From: Eledone cirrhosa
Taxonomy: Eukaryota
NCBI GenBank assembly: GCA_964016885.1
Contig: OZ024743.1
Location: 219,108,001 to 219,172,000 of the forward strand
Direction of reading: 5' to 3'
DNA length: 64,000 bases
Position numbers and translations under genes: made by a program. The notes beneath the pieces are model-generated. The model saw nothing but the letters and a program-made list of their open reading frames with translations, did no database searches and was not told where the DNA came from. Below, piece after piece: positions 26,880-39,226 of this stretch (position 1 is its first letter; the number at the start of each line of letters is the position of its first letter).

Positions 26880-27560
26880 TGGTAAATTTTAGGCTAGTCG
26901 TTTGGTTTGAAAATACTAGAAACTGAAAGAACCTCCAGTTGGCTACACGTTCAGATAATCCTACAAACTAAGTCAGTGGCTGGAATAAAGTCCCAGCAAA
27001 ACAGAAAGTGACACAGTGGTGGTGGAATTATAGGGTAGACAGAGTAGTAAAAAAAGAGACGGGCCTGGAAAGATTGGAAAAAAGGAAGAAACAGCTATAC
27101 CAAATTCCTAGAAGGGAAACTAGGGACCAAGTATACTTAACAAGGGGAGAAACAGAAAAGAAGAAGTTTACATGTGAAGATCAGAGGTTTGAAATGTTCC
27201 AGATTGCAAGATATGCAAGACTGTTTGAAATTGAGACATTGTTGAAGTAAAATATGTTTGAAATTATAGTAGAACACTTGCTATGACTGAGGTCAAGAAG
27301 AAAGAGGTATGGAAGTCCTATTATGAGAGACTGCTAAATGGGGAGAATAAGGGACAGTGAGGGCCTATTACATATAAACCTAATTGACAGACCAGCCATA
27401 AAAGTTGACATCAGCATGGTAGACAAAGTGATTAAGGATATGAAGGTAGGGAAGACAGAGCATCCAGTATTGTAGTTGAGATACTAGAAATGTCTGGCAT
27501 AGTAGGTTACAAGCTAGCCAGATGCATAATTAATGAAGTAGTACAGCAATTGTGTCAATG
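26880..27560 (+). mobile_element. old RTE LINE linker fragment retaining WWWN
   Basis: VTQWWWN, DQVYLTRGE, EDQRFEMFQIAR, YERLLN align with the RTE EN-RT linker. Confidence 0.75.
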
Positions 27561-28962
27561 GCACCTATAGTGTTGGTTCATACGATAAACACAATACATT
27601 CTGTAAAATGATTGGTGATATGAAGGACATCCAGCCATAGAAAACTTGCCAAACTCATCAGTTGTATCAAAGGCATGACAACTTCCTTAGTGCTGGTATC
27701 ATGATAAAATGCACCCAGTGCACACTGTAAAGTGCAGGAACATGAGATGCAACCCTTCATCCTTGACTGAAAGGTCAGTAGCTCCCAATTAATAGCTAAC
27801 TTGTCCAACCTTGTTAGCAGGGAAAAACAGATGTTAAATGGTGATGATGACAATAAAGATATCTGTTGCAGTAACTGAACAAAAAGTTATCTTTTGCAGT
27901 CTTTACAACAGTTCAGATAACAAATCTGTATGAAGGAAAGACAGGTGAGACTGTCATAAATCAAAGCTAATCTGATTATCATAATGATAATCATAACAAA
28001 TATTGTACAGTAGAAGAAAGTTGATTCAAATGCTTTCAAAAGAATGGATTCTGCTGACGGCACCCAAGTGCCAAGTTTGATATTCAACTAAGTGACAGAT
28101 TACATCTACCACCCATGTAGGGCATAGTGGGATTTCAACTTAGAATGTAAATTGATGAAACAAATACCACAAGGCATCTCCTTCAATGCTCTGACAATTC
28201 TGACTATCCATCACCTAATATTTTATTTTATCAACCCCAAAGTTAATTTCAACAGAATTTTAACACAGAGCACAGAAAGCTATAATAAATAGCATAAGAT
28301 ATTTTGTCTATGTTCTAATAACTTTACCAATTTGTCATTCTAATTCAAAAACTATGGGAAATTGACAATAAAAATTAAGTTTAAGTTTAATTTCTATATA
28401 GTTTAAATGAATGGCGAACCCATGCTAACAGGATAAACAGACATCAAACAATGATGAACATCTAGAACTATCATCATTGTTGTTTTACGTCTATTTCTCA
28501 TGCTTGCATGGGTTAGATAGGTTGTCATGTTCTAAGACTAAGCAGATCAGATGATCATGACCTGTTCAAACAGTCTAGGTTTGGTATGGATTCTACAGCT
28601 GGATACTCTCCCTAATGCTAACCACTATATAATATGTACTTGGTGCATATTATTGTGGTGTCAACTCTAGAGCAATTGTGTCCTCAACCAAGTAAAAAGA
28701 GGCAGTGATGGGAATGGAATGGAATGGAAAGTGAGAAAAAGACATGGAATATAAACTTGATAGTATTTCAAGCCATAAGTTTAGACTTGTCACAGATTTT
28801 TTTTTTTTTTTTTGTGCTATGCATTAGGCAAGGATATTACTCTATTTAGCTGAGTTTGTACATGAGAAAAACAAATAGCACTTCATTTATGAGTGAATCA
28901 ATTAGCATTAAGAAAATGTCATATACGAAAATGTATAGTATTTTCCAAATCAGTTTACTTAC

Positions 28963-29026
28963 CTTCAGTACTCCATATTCTAGCAAAGCCATCATAGGAT
29001 CCTGTCGCTAAGAGCGTACCATCACA
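28963..29026 (-). CDS. TBL1XR1: TBL1X/TBL1XR1 exon (WD40)
   Basis: 64 bp; [21 protein letters not shown]. Confidence 0.96.
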
Positions 29027-29745
29027 CTGAAATACAACAACAATGACAGTTAACATATCTCTAATTATTTCAAAAAGACAATCAGGGTAAGATTGGTACA
29101 TATAGTTAAGTGTATGTCTGCTGGTGACCTGTGTTTTATTCTAATATAAAGCTGTTAGTTTCAAGTCCATTCAAAATATACGGGTTAACTGGAAAATTTA
29201 AATGATAAATGCTAAAGATCAAGAATTACACCAAAAATATAGTTCCATCTCACTAGTTGACTTTTGAATAGAGGTTGCCTATTTTCTACCAATTCAACAT
29301 TACAAATTATTCTAAAGCTGAAATTAACATAAGATTAAATCCTAAAATTAACATAAAATTATCTTAGATAATTAGTTAATAAATTCATGTTGTTACAGCT
29401 CACACCTTAGTTGACCTCCTATGAGGTTTTGTGAGTATTTTGATGATATTGGACCCTATCCGTATCATTAACAAATAGATTATCTACTATATATAATCGA
29501 ATATAAACTGAGGAGTACATGACCAAAAAAAGAGGGGGATTATATACAGCAGCTAAACTGTGTGTTGATTAACTGCCTCAGCATATAAATGGGGTTTGGA
29601 TTTTTGTCCATTTCTCAGGCATAAAATAGTGGGTCAGCTTATATTCAAGTATATACGACAATTAATTTATAATAAAACTGAATTGAAATAAAACCAGTGT
29701 TTTATTAGCAGCATCATCTTCCCAAAATACAATTCATTTTCTACT

Positions 29746-29969
29746 TTAACCTTTTAGCATTTAAGCCGGCCATATCCAGTCAGAATTTTCTCACCTCTTT
29801 CTGTTCAAACCAGCTGTCACCAGCCACTCATACTGATGTTAAGGTATTGTTCTCAAAATAAATATTATCAAAATCTCATAGATTCGATATTATGTAAGAT
29901 AATTGTGTGAGGTAAAGCCTTTACTGTGAAAATACAATAGTAACAATAGAGTAAATGCTAAAGGGTTAA
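29746..29969. mobile_element. piggyBac-type MITE
   Basis: TTAA TSD both sides, TIR CC(C/T)TTTAGCATTTA. Confidence 0.88.
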
Positions 29970-30007
29970 AGTTAGGTAGAAAGAAAGCAAATGAAAAAGT
30001 AACTTAC

Positions 30008-30146
30008 ATTCCAGTCAAGAGAAGTAACATCTTTATTACTAGGAACTTCTGTTCCCCCTTTCTGTATACAATGACGAAGAACCAACTGGTTAGCATTATT
30101 GCTGTTATCATTCATATTCCATATCCGAGCAGTTGAATCTCCTGAA
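30008..30146 (-). CDS. TBL1XR1: TBL1X/TBL1XR1 exon (WD40)
   Basis: 139 bp; [46 protein letters not shown]. Confidence 0.96.
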
Positions 30147-30501
30147 CTGTTAACAGAATTTTTTTTTTTTTTTTAATGACATCATGATTACTTAGGCAGA
30201 ATTCTTTTTTTTTTTTGGTAATAAACATTTTGGGGGTTTTGGGGGGTCATTTTTTAGTTTCTTAACTGATGATGGTGTTCAATCAAAATAGACAGCTTTC
30301 GTGTCAAAAAGTTTCAAGATTAATTTCTATTTTTATGTATGAAGAGTAAAACTTTAAGCAACTAAGACGGCAAGACTAGACAAACAGCTGGAAAATCAAT
30401 TGTTCATATAGTGTTACTAGCATTGTACTAAATTAGTTTTTTGTTGTTTTTATATATAAGTCAGTAACCATGACATTTGCAAGCTCTCCTAGACTGATGT
30501 G

Positions 30502-30640
30502 ATTATAATAATAATAATGATAATAATAATGAAATTATTGTGTACAGTGCTCAGGTGCACTACAACTCATCAAAGGTGCATGTATAGTACATAGAATAAT
30601 GTACAAATGTCAGGAAAATGAACAGTGTATGAGTCATGAT
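30502..30640 (-). mobile_element. older 3'-end fragment of the same CR1-group family
   Basis: diverged direct copy of the 3' UTR at 30643..30770 with its own (TTA)n tail. Confidence 0.85.
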
Positions 30641-30642
30641 AT

Positions 30643-33600
30643 AATAACAATAACAATAATGAAATATTGTGTACAGTGCCCAGGTGCACCACAACTCATC
30701 AAAAAAGTGCATGTACAGTACATAGGGCAATGCACAAACATCAGTAAAATGAACAGTGCACGAGTCATGATACACACATGTGTGCATGTGTATGGAAGGG
30801 GTACATCAGGTGTAGTTTTGGCGTATTTCGGGAAGCATGAGTGTCTTAAAGGATGCAGTGTCTCGGCAGCTAACAATTGACGCAGGCAGTTTGTTCCATG
30901 CTTCAGCAATTCTGAGCGTGAAAAAATGTCTGCGAAAGTCATGGGAGCTGTGCTGTTTTCTTATCTTGTAGGCATGTCCACGTGTGTTAGACACATGGAG
31001 ATCAAAGAGGCGCTCAGGGTTGCAGTTGGCGAGATGGTTAAAAACTTTGTGGGTATTCACCAAGTCCATTGCCAGACGTCGGAGCTTCAATGAATTCATG
31101 CCCAGGGAAGCAAGGCGTTCAGAGTATGGTAGGTGTCTGATGGAGGGTATGCGCTTGGTTGCACGTCTCTGAACAGTTTCCAGGAGGTCAATGTTCCGAG
31201 CAAGATAGGGGTTCCAGACTGATGATGCGAATTCCAAGTGTGGTCGCACCATAGCTGTATACAGTTTTAAATAGATGGCTGGAGAGCGGCTAACAAAGGT
31301 CTTGCTGAGTGATGCCAAGACACCCTCGGCCTTCTTGACAATCTTAGAGACATGCTTTGTCCAACGCAAATCGTTGCTGACAGTAATGCCCAGGTCACGT
31401 TCACAAGAGGACTTTTTGATGTCAGTGTTGTGGAGGGAGTATGTGGACGCTGGGTTTTTCCTTCCAAAATGCATGGTGGTACACTTGTCCACAGCCAGCT
31501 TCAGTTGCCAGTCTGTGATCCATTGCTGCATTGTGTCCAGGTCTGACTGTAGGAAAGAGTTGTAAATTTCAGGATCAGTCCTTTTGATTTCAAGGTACAG
31601 CTTGATGTCATCTGCATATTTTAGTACCGTGGCATTCTGTAAGTTGGCATCTATGTCATTAATATATGCCACAAACAAAAGAGGACCAAGAACAGATCCC
31701 TGTGGTACACCAGATGACATCTCATATGGTGAAGAATGCTGTCCTAGAACCGTGACTACTTCCTTTCGGCTGAGAATGAAGGATTTCAGCCAGTCAAAAA
31801 GATCATCCCTCACACCCATTGCAGAGAGTTTTGCCATAAGTCTTTTGTGTGGCACAGAATTAAAAGCCTTAGCAAAGTCAAGGTAAACAACATCCACCCA
31901 TGAGCCGCTGTCAGTGATCCGGGTGATGTCCTCAAGGAACTCGATAAGCTGATCACAGCAGCTGGAGTTAGGGATAAATCCAAACTGTGAGGGCCGGATG
32001 AGGCTGTGAGAGCTCCAGAAGTTCCAAAGTGTTTCTCTGACACAGGATTCCATCAGTTTGGCCATACAGCTAGTAAGACTGACTGGACGATAGTTGACAG
32101 GTGACATGCGGTTGCCCTTTTTGAACAGGGGAATGACACTAGCAGTTTTCCACTGCTCCGGAGTAGCACCATTGCTGAGACAGTATTGAAAGAAAGCTGG
32201 CGCAAAAGGAAACCCCCGCCACCTTTGAGTAGCAGGTATGTCACACCATCAAGACCAGGGGAGGCATAGTTGTGCTTATTCTTAAGGTGACGTCGCAACA
32301 TTGCAGGTGTAAATTCCATAGTTGTTATGGAATTTGATGTTAGAGATGGTGGAGATGGTACATTCTGGTTTTCAACCGTAAAAATACTTGCATAGCACTC
32401 AGCAATGAGTTCTGCGCATTCCTTGGGATCGTCAGTGATCTGGCTTGTGTGGGGATTGCGAAGAGGACCAACTGGAGAGTGAGGTCTCTGCTTTGAATGA
32501 ACATATTTCCAGAACACCTTACTGTCAGGATTGGTTGCGATGCACTGTTCAAATTCAAGCACTGCCTTCTTTGTCACTTTCTTGAGATGGTTAGAAGATT
32601 TATTCCGCTTTTTTCTGTTGGCATCTGATCTATGCAGTTTATATTCCCGTTCAGCGTTCCAACGTTCTTTCCTGGCAAGTCGGACCGCTGAAGTTTCCCA
32701 GATTGCACTTTTGGGGTGGTTATTTTTCCGCTTCCGTGGCACTGATGCTGCACACGCTATCCATATTGAGTCCAGGATGCTCTGGAGTATAGAGTTCACA
32801 TCTCCAGAGTTATACATCTCATGCCAGTTTGGGCGCTGTAGCTCAGTGCAGTACAAGTTCCAATCCGCCCTCTTCCAATCAAAGCAAGCAGATTGGAGAT
32901 GGCTCTGGTTTTTGTTGCTGCCCTCAAGTGCCAGATTGGCAATGATCATAGCATGATCAGAGTCGCCTAGAGGTTCCTCAGTAGTACAACTGATAACCAC
33001 TTCAGGAGTAGTGGTGAAGATCAGGTCCAAAGTGTTGTCACCTCTTGTTGGAGAGGTGACTACTTGTGACCAGTTTGAGTCCAGCACTAGTTCAAGGAAA
33101 TCGTTTGCACCCTGTGGCCAACGAAAGGTTTCCCAATCGATCTCAGGATGATTGAAGTCACCTGCAATAAACACATAAGTGGCTGTTTTCTTGGCAGCAA
33201 CTCTGAGGATATCGCAAAGCTGTGTGTCCTGATGGTAGTTTGGGGGGCGATAAACAACACCAAGCAGAAGTGTTGACATGGTCATACGTATGTCACAGAA
33301 AAAAACTTCTTCCTCTGTGATTCATTCAAATCAACGCAAGGAATTACCGAAAAGTTTGAACGAACGTAGACCATCACACCACCACCACGGCGGTTAATGC
33401 GGTCCTTGCGGAAAAGGTTGTACCCAGTAATGGTGAAAACCCCATCACAGAGTAAGGAATGTGCCCATGTTTCCGTGACTGTGATGAAGTCAGGGTCGAT
33501 GCTTCTGACGTAGGATTCGAACAGATGTATCTTGTTGCATAAACTGCGAGCATTTAAGGACAACAATTTGTACCCTGCTCGCAGTTTATGATGGTGTGTA

Positions 33601-33889
33601 GAGGGTGGCAGGTTGTTCTGGTTTAGTTTCCCAGAGTTGTAGCAGTTTTTACATCGCCAGTTATTGTGGGTAGATCACACTCAGACCAGCTGGTATCTCT
33701 CTTCCACGTTTCACCAGCCTTGACAAACCTCCAGATCTGCCCATCATCACGCAGACTGAAACTTTCATCTTGTGCTGAGTTCCGATTCAAGGAAGCTGCA
33801 GCACGTAGTTTTGGACGTACATGGGGTGGTAGGCCTGGGCGTGTTCGGAAGGTAATCCGATTTTCACGCCCAGCTTTAGCAGAGGCCAG
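30643..33889 (-). mobile_element. CR1-group LINE, 5'-truncated within ORF1
   Basis: ORF1 tail 33623..33889; EN (LNARS, TETW, GDFN, LDLIF, SDH); RT (YLDFAKAFNSV, GVPQGSVLGP, YADD, TRGH..WNKLP); two frameshifts near 33300 and 32190; (TTA)-like tail; 7-bp TSD ATGATAT at 30636..30642 and 33890..33896. Confidence 0.93.
30806..32107 (-). pseudogene. CR1-group ORF2 RT portion (frameshifted from EN)
   Basis: 433-aa ORF with RT motifs; separated from the upstream EN/linker frame by an indel near 32190. Confidence 0.9.
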
Positions 33890-34099
33890 ATGATATGAGT
33901 TATGTGGCTGATACCTAGCCTGAACAAGAAGTTCATTGTCGAGAAATTGAAATAGAGAGAATTGAAGTAGAGTATTTCATTAGAAATATGGTCAGGAAAG
34001 GAAGATAAATAAAAGTAATAAAAGTGATGACAATAAAATACAGGGAATGATATAAGTATAAAGGTGCAAATAAAATGAGATGATAAAAATCAACAAAAA

Positions 34100-34570
34100 T
34101 GAAGGAAACCTCCAACAAGTGACAAAGTATTTGTTAACACTGAATTTTAAATATAATCAAGATAAACAATGGAGAGAGGGTTTACTCCATATTTCAGCTT
34201 TTCTAGGAAAATAGCTTACAGCATGTCTAGGAGATATGCAATAAGCACAGATGTGATTCAGTAAATTTGTCAAACTGAGTTCTGGTGAGGCTAAAGAATG
34301 AAGCTCATCTGAACACATTCCATAGAAGTAACGATAGAAGATAGTCAAACTTTCAACATGCTTTGATAGAGTAGTTGAAATGACAAACTAAACTACACAT
34401 TTCATTCAACACTATCAAGAGTGAACAATACATGGATGAAGGAGGCTATTTGAATATGTGCAGTACTCATATTTTGAGGCAGATCTGACTCTTGTTGAGA
34501 TACAATAAACTTTTGAGAAGACACTTTTTTTTTTATTTGGTGGACAGACTTGGCTCTTGAAAGAACCTAT
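34100..34570 (-). mobile_element. old CR1/L2-group LINE 3' fragment
   Basis: IFYRYFYGMCSDEL..SYFPRKAEIW, typical LINE ORF2 C-terminus. Confidence 0.5.
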
Positions 34571-35003
34571 CATATTAGCTTCCACCCTAGAAACAAATGT
34601 AATGTTGGTAAGATAAACTAAAGAATTTATCTAGGCAAGTGAACTCCAGTCTTACCCATAAAACGTGTAATATATTGTTTTTAAAATATATTTTTAATAA
34701 ATATTAATTCTGTGATTAACAACTAAATATTTCTTAAAGAGAACTTTGTGCAAGGAGGTATATGAATTTTACCAATTTTTTAAGTTTTCTGGGGTCAAGA
34801 AATTCTAAGATTTATAGTGGTAAATGTGAAAGTGAAAAAGTATTAAGGGAATACTGATGCTCATAAATGAATTATATTGCATTCTTGCCAAAAGAGACAC
34901 TGACATAAGTTTATATTGAATTTTTATTTAATTTGAGGATTACTACTTGTAATACTCTTTCAGACCGGTTTGAGGTTAAGTAAAGTATTGTGAGATTACA
35001 CTG

Positions 35004-35219
35004 TTAACTCTTTAACATTTAAGCCGGCCGTATCTGGCTAGAATTCTTTCACCTCTTTCCGTTCAAACCAGCCGTAATCATCCGCTCGTACCAATGTTAA
35101 GGTATTGTTCTCAAAATAAATAACATCAAAATCTCGTCGCTTTGATATTATGTGGGATAAAGCTTTTACCACAAAAATACAATAGTAAATATAGGGTAAT
35201 GTAAATGCTAAAGGGTTAA
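35004..35219. mobile_element. piggyBac-type MITE
   Basis: TTAA..TAAATGCTAAAGGG TTAA; body homologous to 29746..29969. Confidence 0.88.
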
Positions 35220-36030
35220 ACTAGTGGAGGCACATAACCTAGTGGTAAGTGTACTGGACTTACGATCAGAATGCGTTTGATTCCTGGGCCTGGTTATGTG
35301 TTATGTTCTGTATACTCAATTGAAAATGAGTACCAGCAATAGTTGGGGTTTAACCCTACAGTGGACCGAAGTCCTGTGGGGCGTAATTGTACTTTCAGTC
35401 ACTTAATGCCACCAAAACTAAGATAAGCACTTGCCTGATGAATCTCCAGGCTCGTGACAGACTTTAGACTAGACACTGATAAACTACTAGCAACAATGTT
35501 ATGTTCAATTTTTTATATGCTGTCTTAAGAAAAGAGATATTTACTTAGTCTATGATCAATAACTAGTCACTTAGAGGATACTTCAGTATAGTATAGTTCA
35601 AATCTGTAAGCAGCAACAGCATTAGGAAATTGACATATGTCTTGTTGGCTTACAGTAATACTAAGTTTAACTCTGTGTGTTAAGCTGAGGGACAAATTAA
35701 ATCTACCATCCATGTAGGCCACAGCAGAATTTGAACTTAGAATGCAAAAAGCCAAATGAAATACTCGATGGCATCTTTCTCACTTGATATTCTTACAACT
35801 TTGGCAGCCCTATGACAAATACTTTATTATTGACAGGATTTGAACCCAGGATGCAATGAACCAGAACAAATACCAAAAGGCATTTTTTCCAACAATCTAA
35901 CAACTCTGCGAATTCATGAAAGAGAAACAAAGAGGTAAAAAGCACTGCTTGGTAAAAGTATCTATAAATTCAACTACACATTTTCACAGTATGCTATTTA
36001 GAAAGTAAAATAAATTCCGCTTAATTTAGG

Positions 36031-36147
36031 TACTATTGTTTACATAATAATGATTTCTTTATTATCCACGTAGGGCTCACATTAAGATACTATTGTTCAC
36101 ATAATAATAATGATTTCTTTATTATCCACATAGGGCTCATATTAAGA
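36031..36147. repeat. tandem duplication of about 58 bp
   Basis: TACTATTGTT.ACATAATAATGATTTCTTTATTATCCAC.TAGGGCTCA.ATTAAGA twice. Confidence 0.9.
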
Positions 36148-37556
36148 AAACATTTTAAAGAGAGCACAGGACAGTACACCGGGGCAGGAAATAAAATTTA
36201 TAACACAGACTAAGAAAATAATCATTTAAAAAAAATCAAACATAAATTCCCCCAAAGTGGGGAGACTCTGAGAGTCACTTGAGAAGAAAGCCTACAAAAA
36301 GCCACAGAACAAGTCACCCCTCCCAGTCGTTCTATCTACAGGCATATACTCAAGGCAAGCCCATTCACTCAGACTATGTTCGCCATTCTCACCCACCTTT
36401 CAAATAATGTGATTTTCTTCTTTAATTCGTATAACAATTAACTGTTTGTAATTCAGCTTTATATTGTCATATAGGAATTACAATATTATCCAAAACAGTT
36501 TAAGTTCATTGTTAATGCCTGTGTTGAAGAGATTACTACACCAACAAGCCTTTTAAAGCAATTTTCCCTCCATTTTGCTCTGTTGTCTGCATTTGCACCC
36601 TCTCACCAAACTCCAAGTTTTCATTTCCTCTTCCACCATCTTTAACCATGTCTTTCTTGGTCTTTGCTTTCACCTACCTACATCCACATTCATTTCCATC
36701 AATTTTCTCACCCAGTCTATTTTTTAAAACTTTCCTCAACATATGAGGTAACCAACTTAAAATCAAAGACATTCTAATTAAAATATTTTTTATGCAATGA
36801 AACAGTTTGTATCTTATTTATTTTCAAAAACTAACCTAGAAAATCATGTTTATCTCATAATTTACTAACCTTCTGGAAAGAAATTTAACCATTTTTCATA
36901 TTACTTTATCAATATTATTGCTGACACATACAAAATATAAACATACTTTTGAGTAAAAGGAACCCCTATGCATTAACTCAGCATGCTAGAAATAGCAGCC
37001 AAATCTCACTTCCTCTTTTTCCTGCTTTAAAAACAAGAAAAGAAGGATACATTAAAAAATGTAACCTAATAACTTATGGTTGAAAAACAGATGGGACTGG
37101 CATAACTGGAATGCTTTTGATTGAGGGTCCACTCAACCAGAGTCTTTTTCAGGTAATACAACAACTTTTTTTTTTTTGTATTGCTTAGGGGAGAATTCCC
37201 ATGAGCCCTTTTCAAGATCTCCAACGTTCCTGGGAGGAAGGTGATGGAAAACCTTCAGAGACCTGGTTCAAATGATTGCAGCATAGTAGATTCTAATGAA
37301 GCAACATCCAATGTTTAAACAATGCTGTTAACAAGAACAAGATTCTACAATTAAGGATATTTTACTACCATTGGCTACTTCTGCTCTTCTACTAGCAATA
37401 TTCAAAGTTGAACTGAAATTACTGTGGTATTTATAACCCAGGCTATTATACAGGATAAGAGAATCATTTGTATACATATACATTACTATTCAATATATTT
37501 TCAACAACAAAAAATACAAAGACATGACAATAAAAATCCAAATTTGAGATACTTAC

Positions 37557-37689
37557 CCAGAGGCTAACAGGTCATTTGTAGGGTTCCATGCACATATGAA
37601 CACCTCTGATTCATGTCCCCTTAATACAGTAGCTTTACTGCTGGGAATTTCCAGGGTGCCATCAATGTCCATAGTATCAGTATGGTTCA
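37557..37689 (-). CDS. TBL1XR1: TBL1X/TBL1XR1 exon (start of WD40 region)
   Basis: 133 bp; [44 protein letters not shown]. Confidence 0.96.
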
Positions 37690-37757
37690 CTTAAAAATAA
37701 AAAAAAGAACAATACGTATTCAGAAAAATATTTAAAAAGTAATTTTCTAAAAAACAT

Positions 37758-37989
37758 TTAACTCCTTAGCATTTAAACCAGCCATATCTGACCAGAATTC
37801 TCTAATCTCTTTCTGTTCAAAACAGCCATAACTGGCCGCTCATACTGATGCTAAGGGATTTTTCTCAAAATAAATAATATCAAAATCTTATAGATTCGAT
37901 ATTATGTGAGATAATTATGTCAGATAAAGCCTTTAACATAAAAATACAATATATATATATATATAGTAATGTAAATGTTAAAAAGTTAA
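37758..37989. mobile_element. piggyBac-type MITE
   Basis: TTAA flanks, same body. Confidence 0.85.
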
Positions 37990-39036
37990 AGATGCCTGGG
38001 TGTAATTCTTTCATTGCCAACACTAAATTCAAGTCAACAGATTGAACTTTCTATAGTTTTTACTGTTTTTCAGAAAGAAAGATAAAAATATTACATGACA
38101 AGTCATGATGGATATTTAACTCTTTTGATAACAAACCACCTCTAATTTTCAAGAGTTTGTATTTGTCAAAAAACTTCCATCATGACTATATAAGAACCTT
38201 TCTTACGCCATGCTCCAAACTTCATAATGAAAAAGTTAGTTAAGAAATCCCTCAATTTCCATAATTATTTTCAAATCATTAGAAAAATAGTAACAAAAAG
38301 GGTTGAGATACATTTTATCAAAGGAGAAAAGTAATGCCTACATTTTCCAAAATCTCTGAGAGATGGTAGGAAATTATTCATTAAGTCAGACAACTGATAT
38401 CAATGTTTGCCACAGGATGGACTTTGCTAAAGAACACCCATAGTCCAAGTAATGGTTTTAAACTGGACGACAGATTAAATCTACAACCCAAGAACAGAAA
38501 GGGTCCCTCTGATGGGCTTTATAGTTTCAATCTAAATTTCACTCAAAAAGCTTTTGATGCAGAGCATTCATAGAAAATATTTCACTAAGGTGCCACAAAG
38601 TGGATTAAGCTGCAAACTACATGGCCATGCCTGCACCCACAAAGCCATTACATATACATTACAGTAACTTTTATTTTGTGAATGTAATATACATTTTAGT
38701 GTCAAATAATTCTGTTGTACATCAACAAACAGGAAACTAATATAACTCCATTGCATGTAATTAGGGACTTTATAGTATACAACACTATCAAAAAAAAAAA
38801 AAAAAAAAAAAAAGTGAATATGCACTTGAACCTAATATCTGTGACAATATATGCACATTTTAAATGACTGCTGTGACTTTTCCAAACACTAGAATCAAGT
38901 CATTTGACAAACAAATATAACTAATATACCACATGAACATGGAAATGGAAGCTAAAAAAAAACACTTCAAAATATTTTCAAAATTTCGTTTTTCACAAGA
39001 CAAATGTTGCTGTTCAATGTTATGAGCATTTAAATC

Positions 39037-39226
39037 ATGGTGGATTGGCAGTATCGGTAGAGGGCCGGATGCCATGCTTTGACGCATAGAGTTACAGCCC
39101 TTGCCATTCTGAGTTCAAATCCCACCGAGGTTAACTTTGCCTTTCATCCTTACGGGGTCGATAAAATAAAGTGTAAGTAATGCACTGGGTAATTGCTGGC
39201 CTTGTGCCAAAAGTAAAAACAATTAT
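39037..39226 (+). mobile_element. SINE family B copy
   Basis: near-identical to 4972..5165. Confidence 0.85.
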
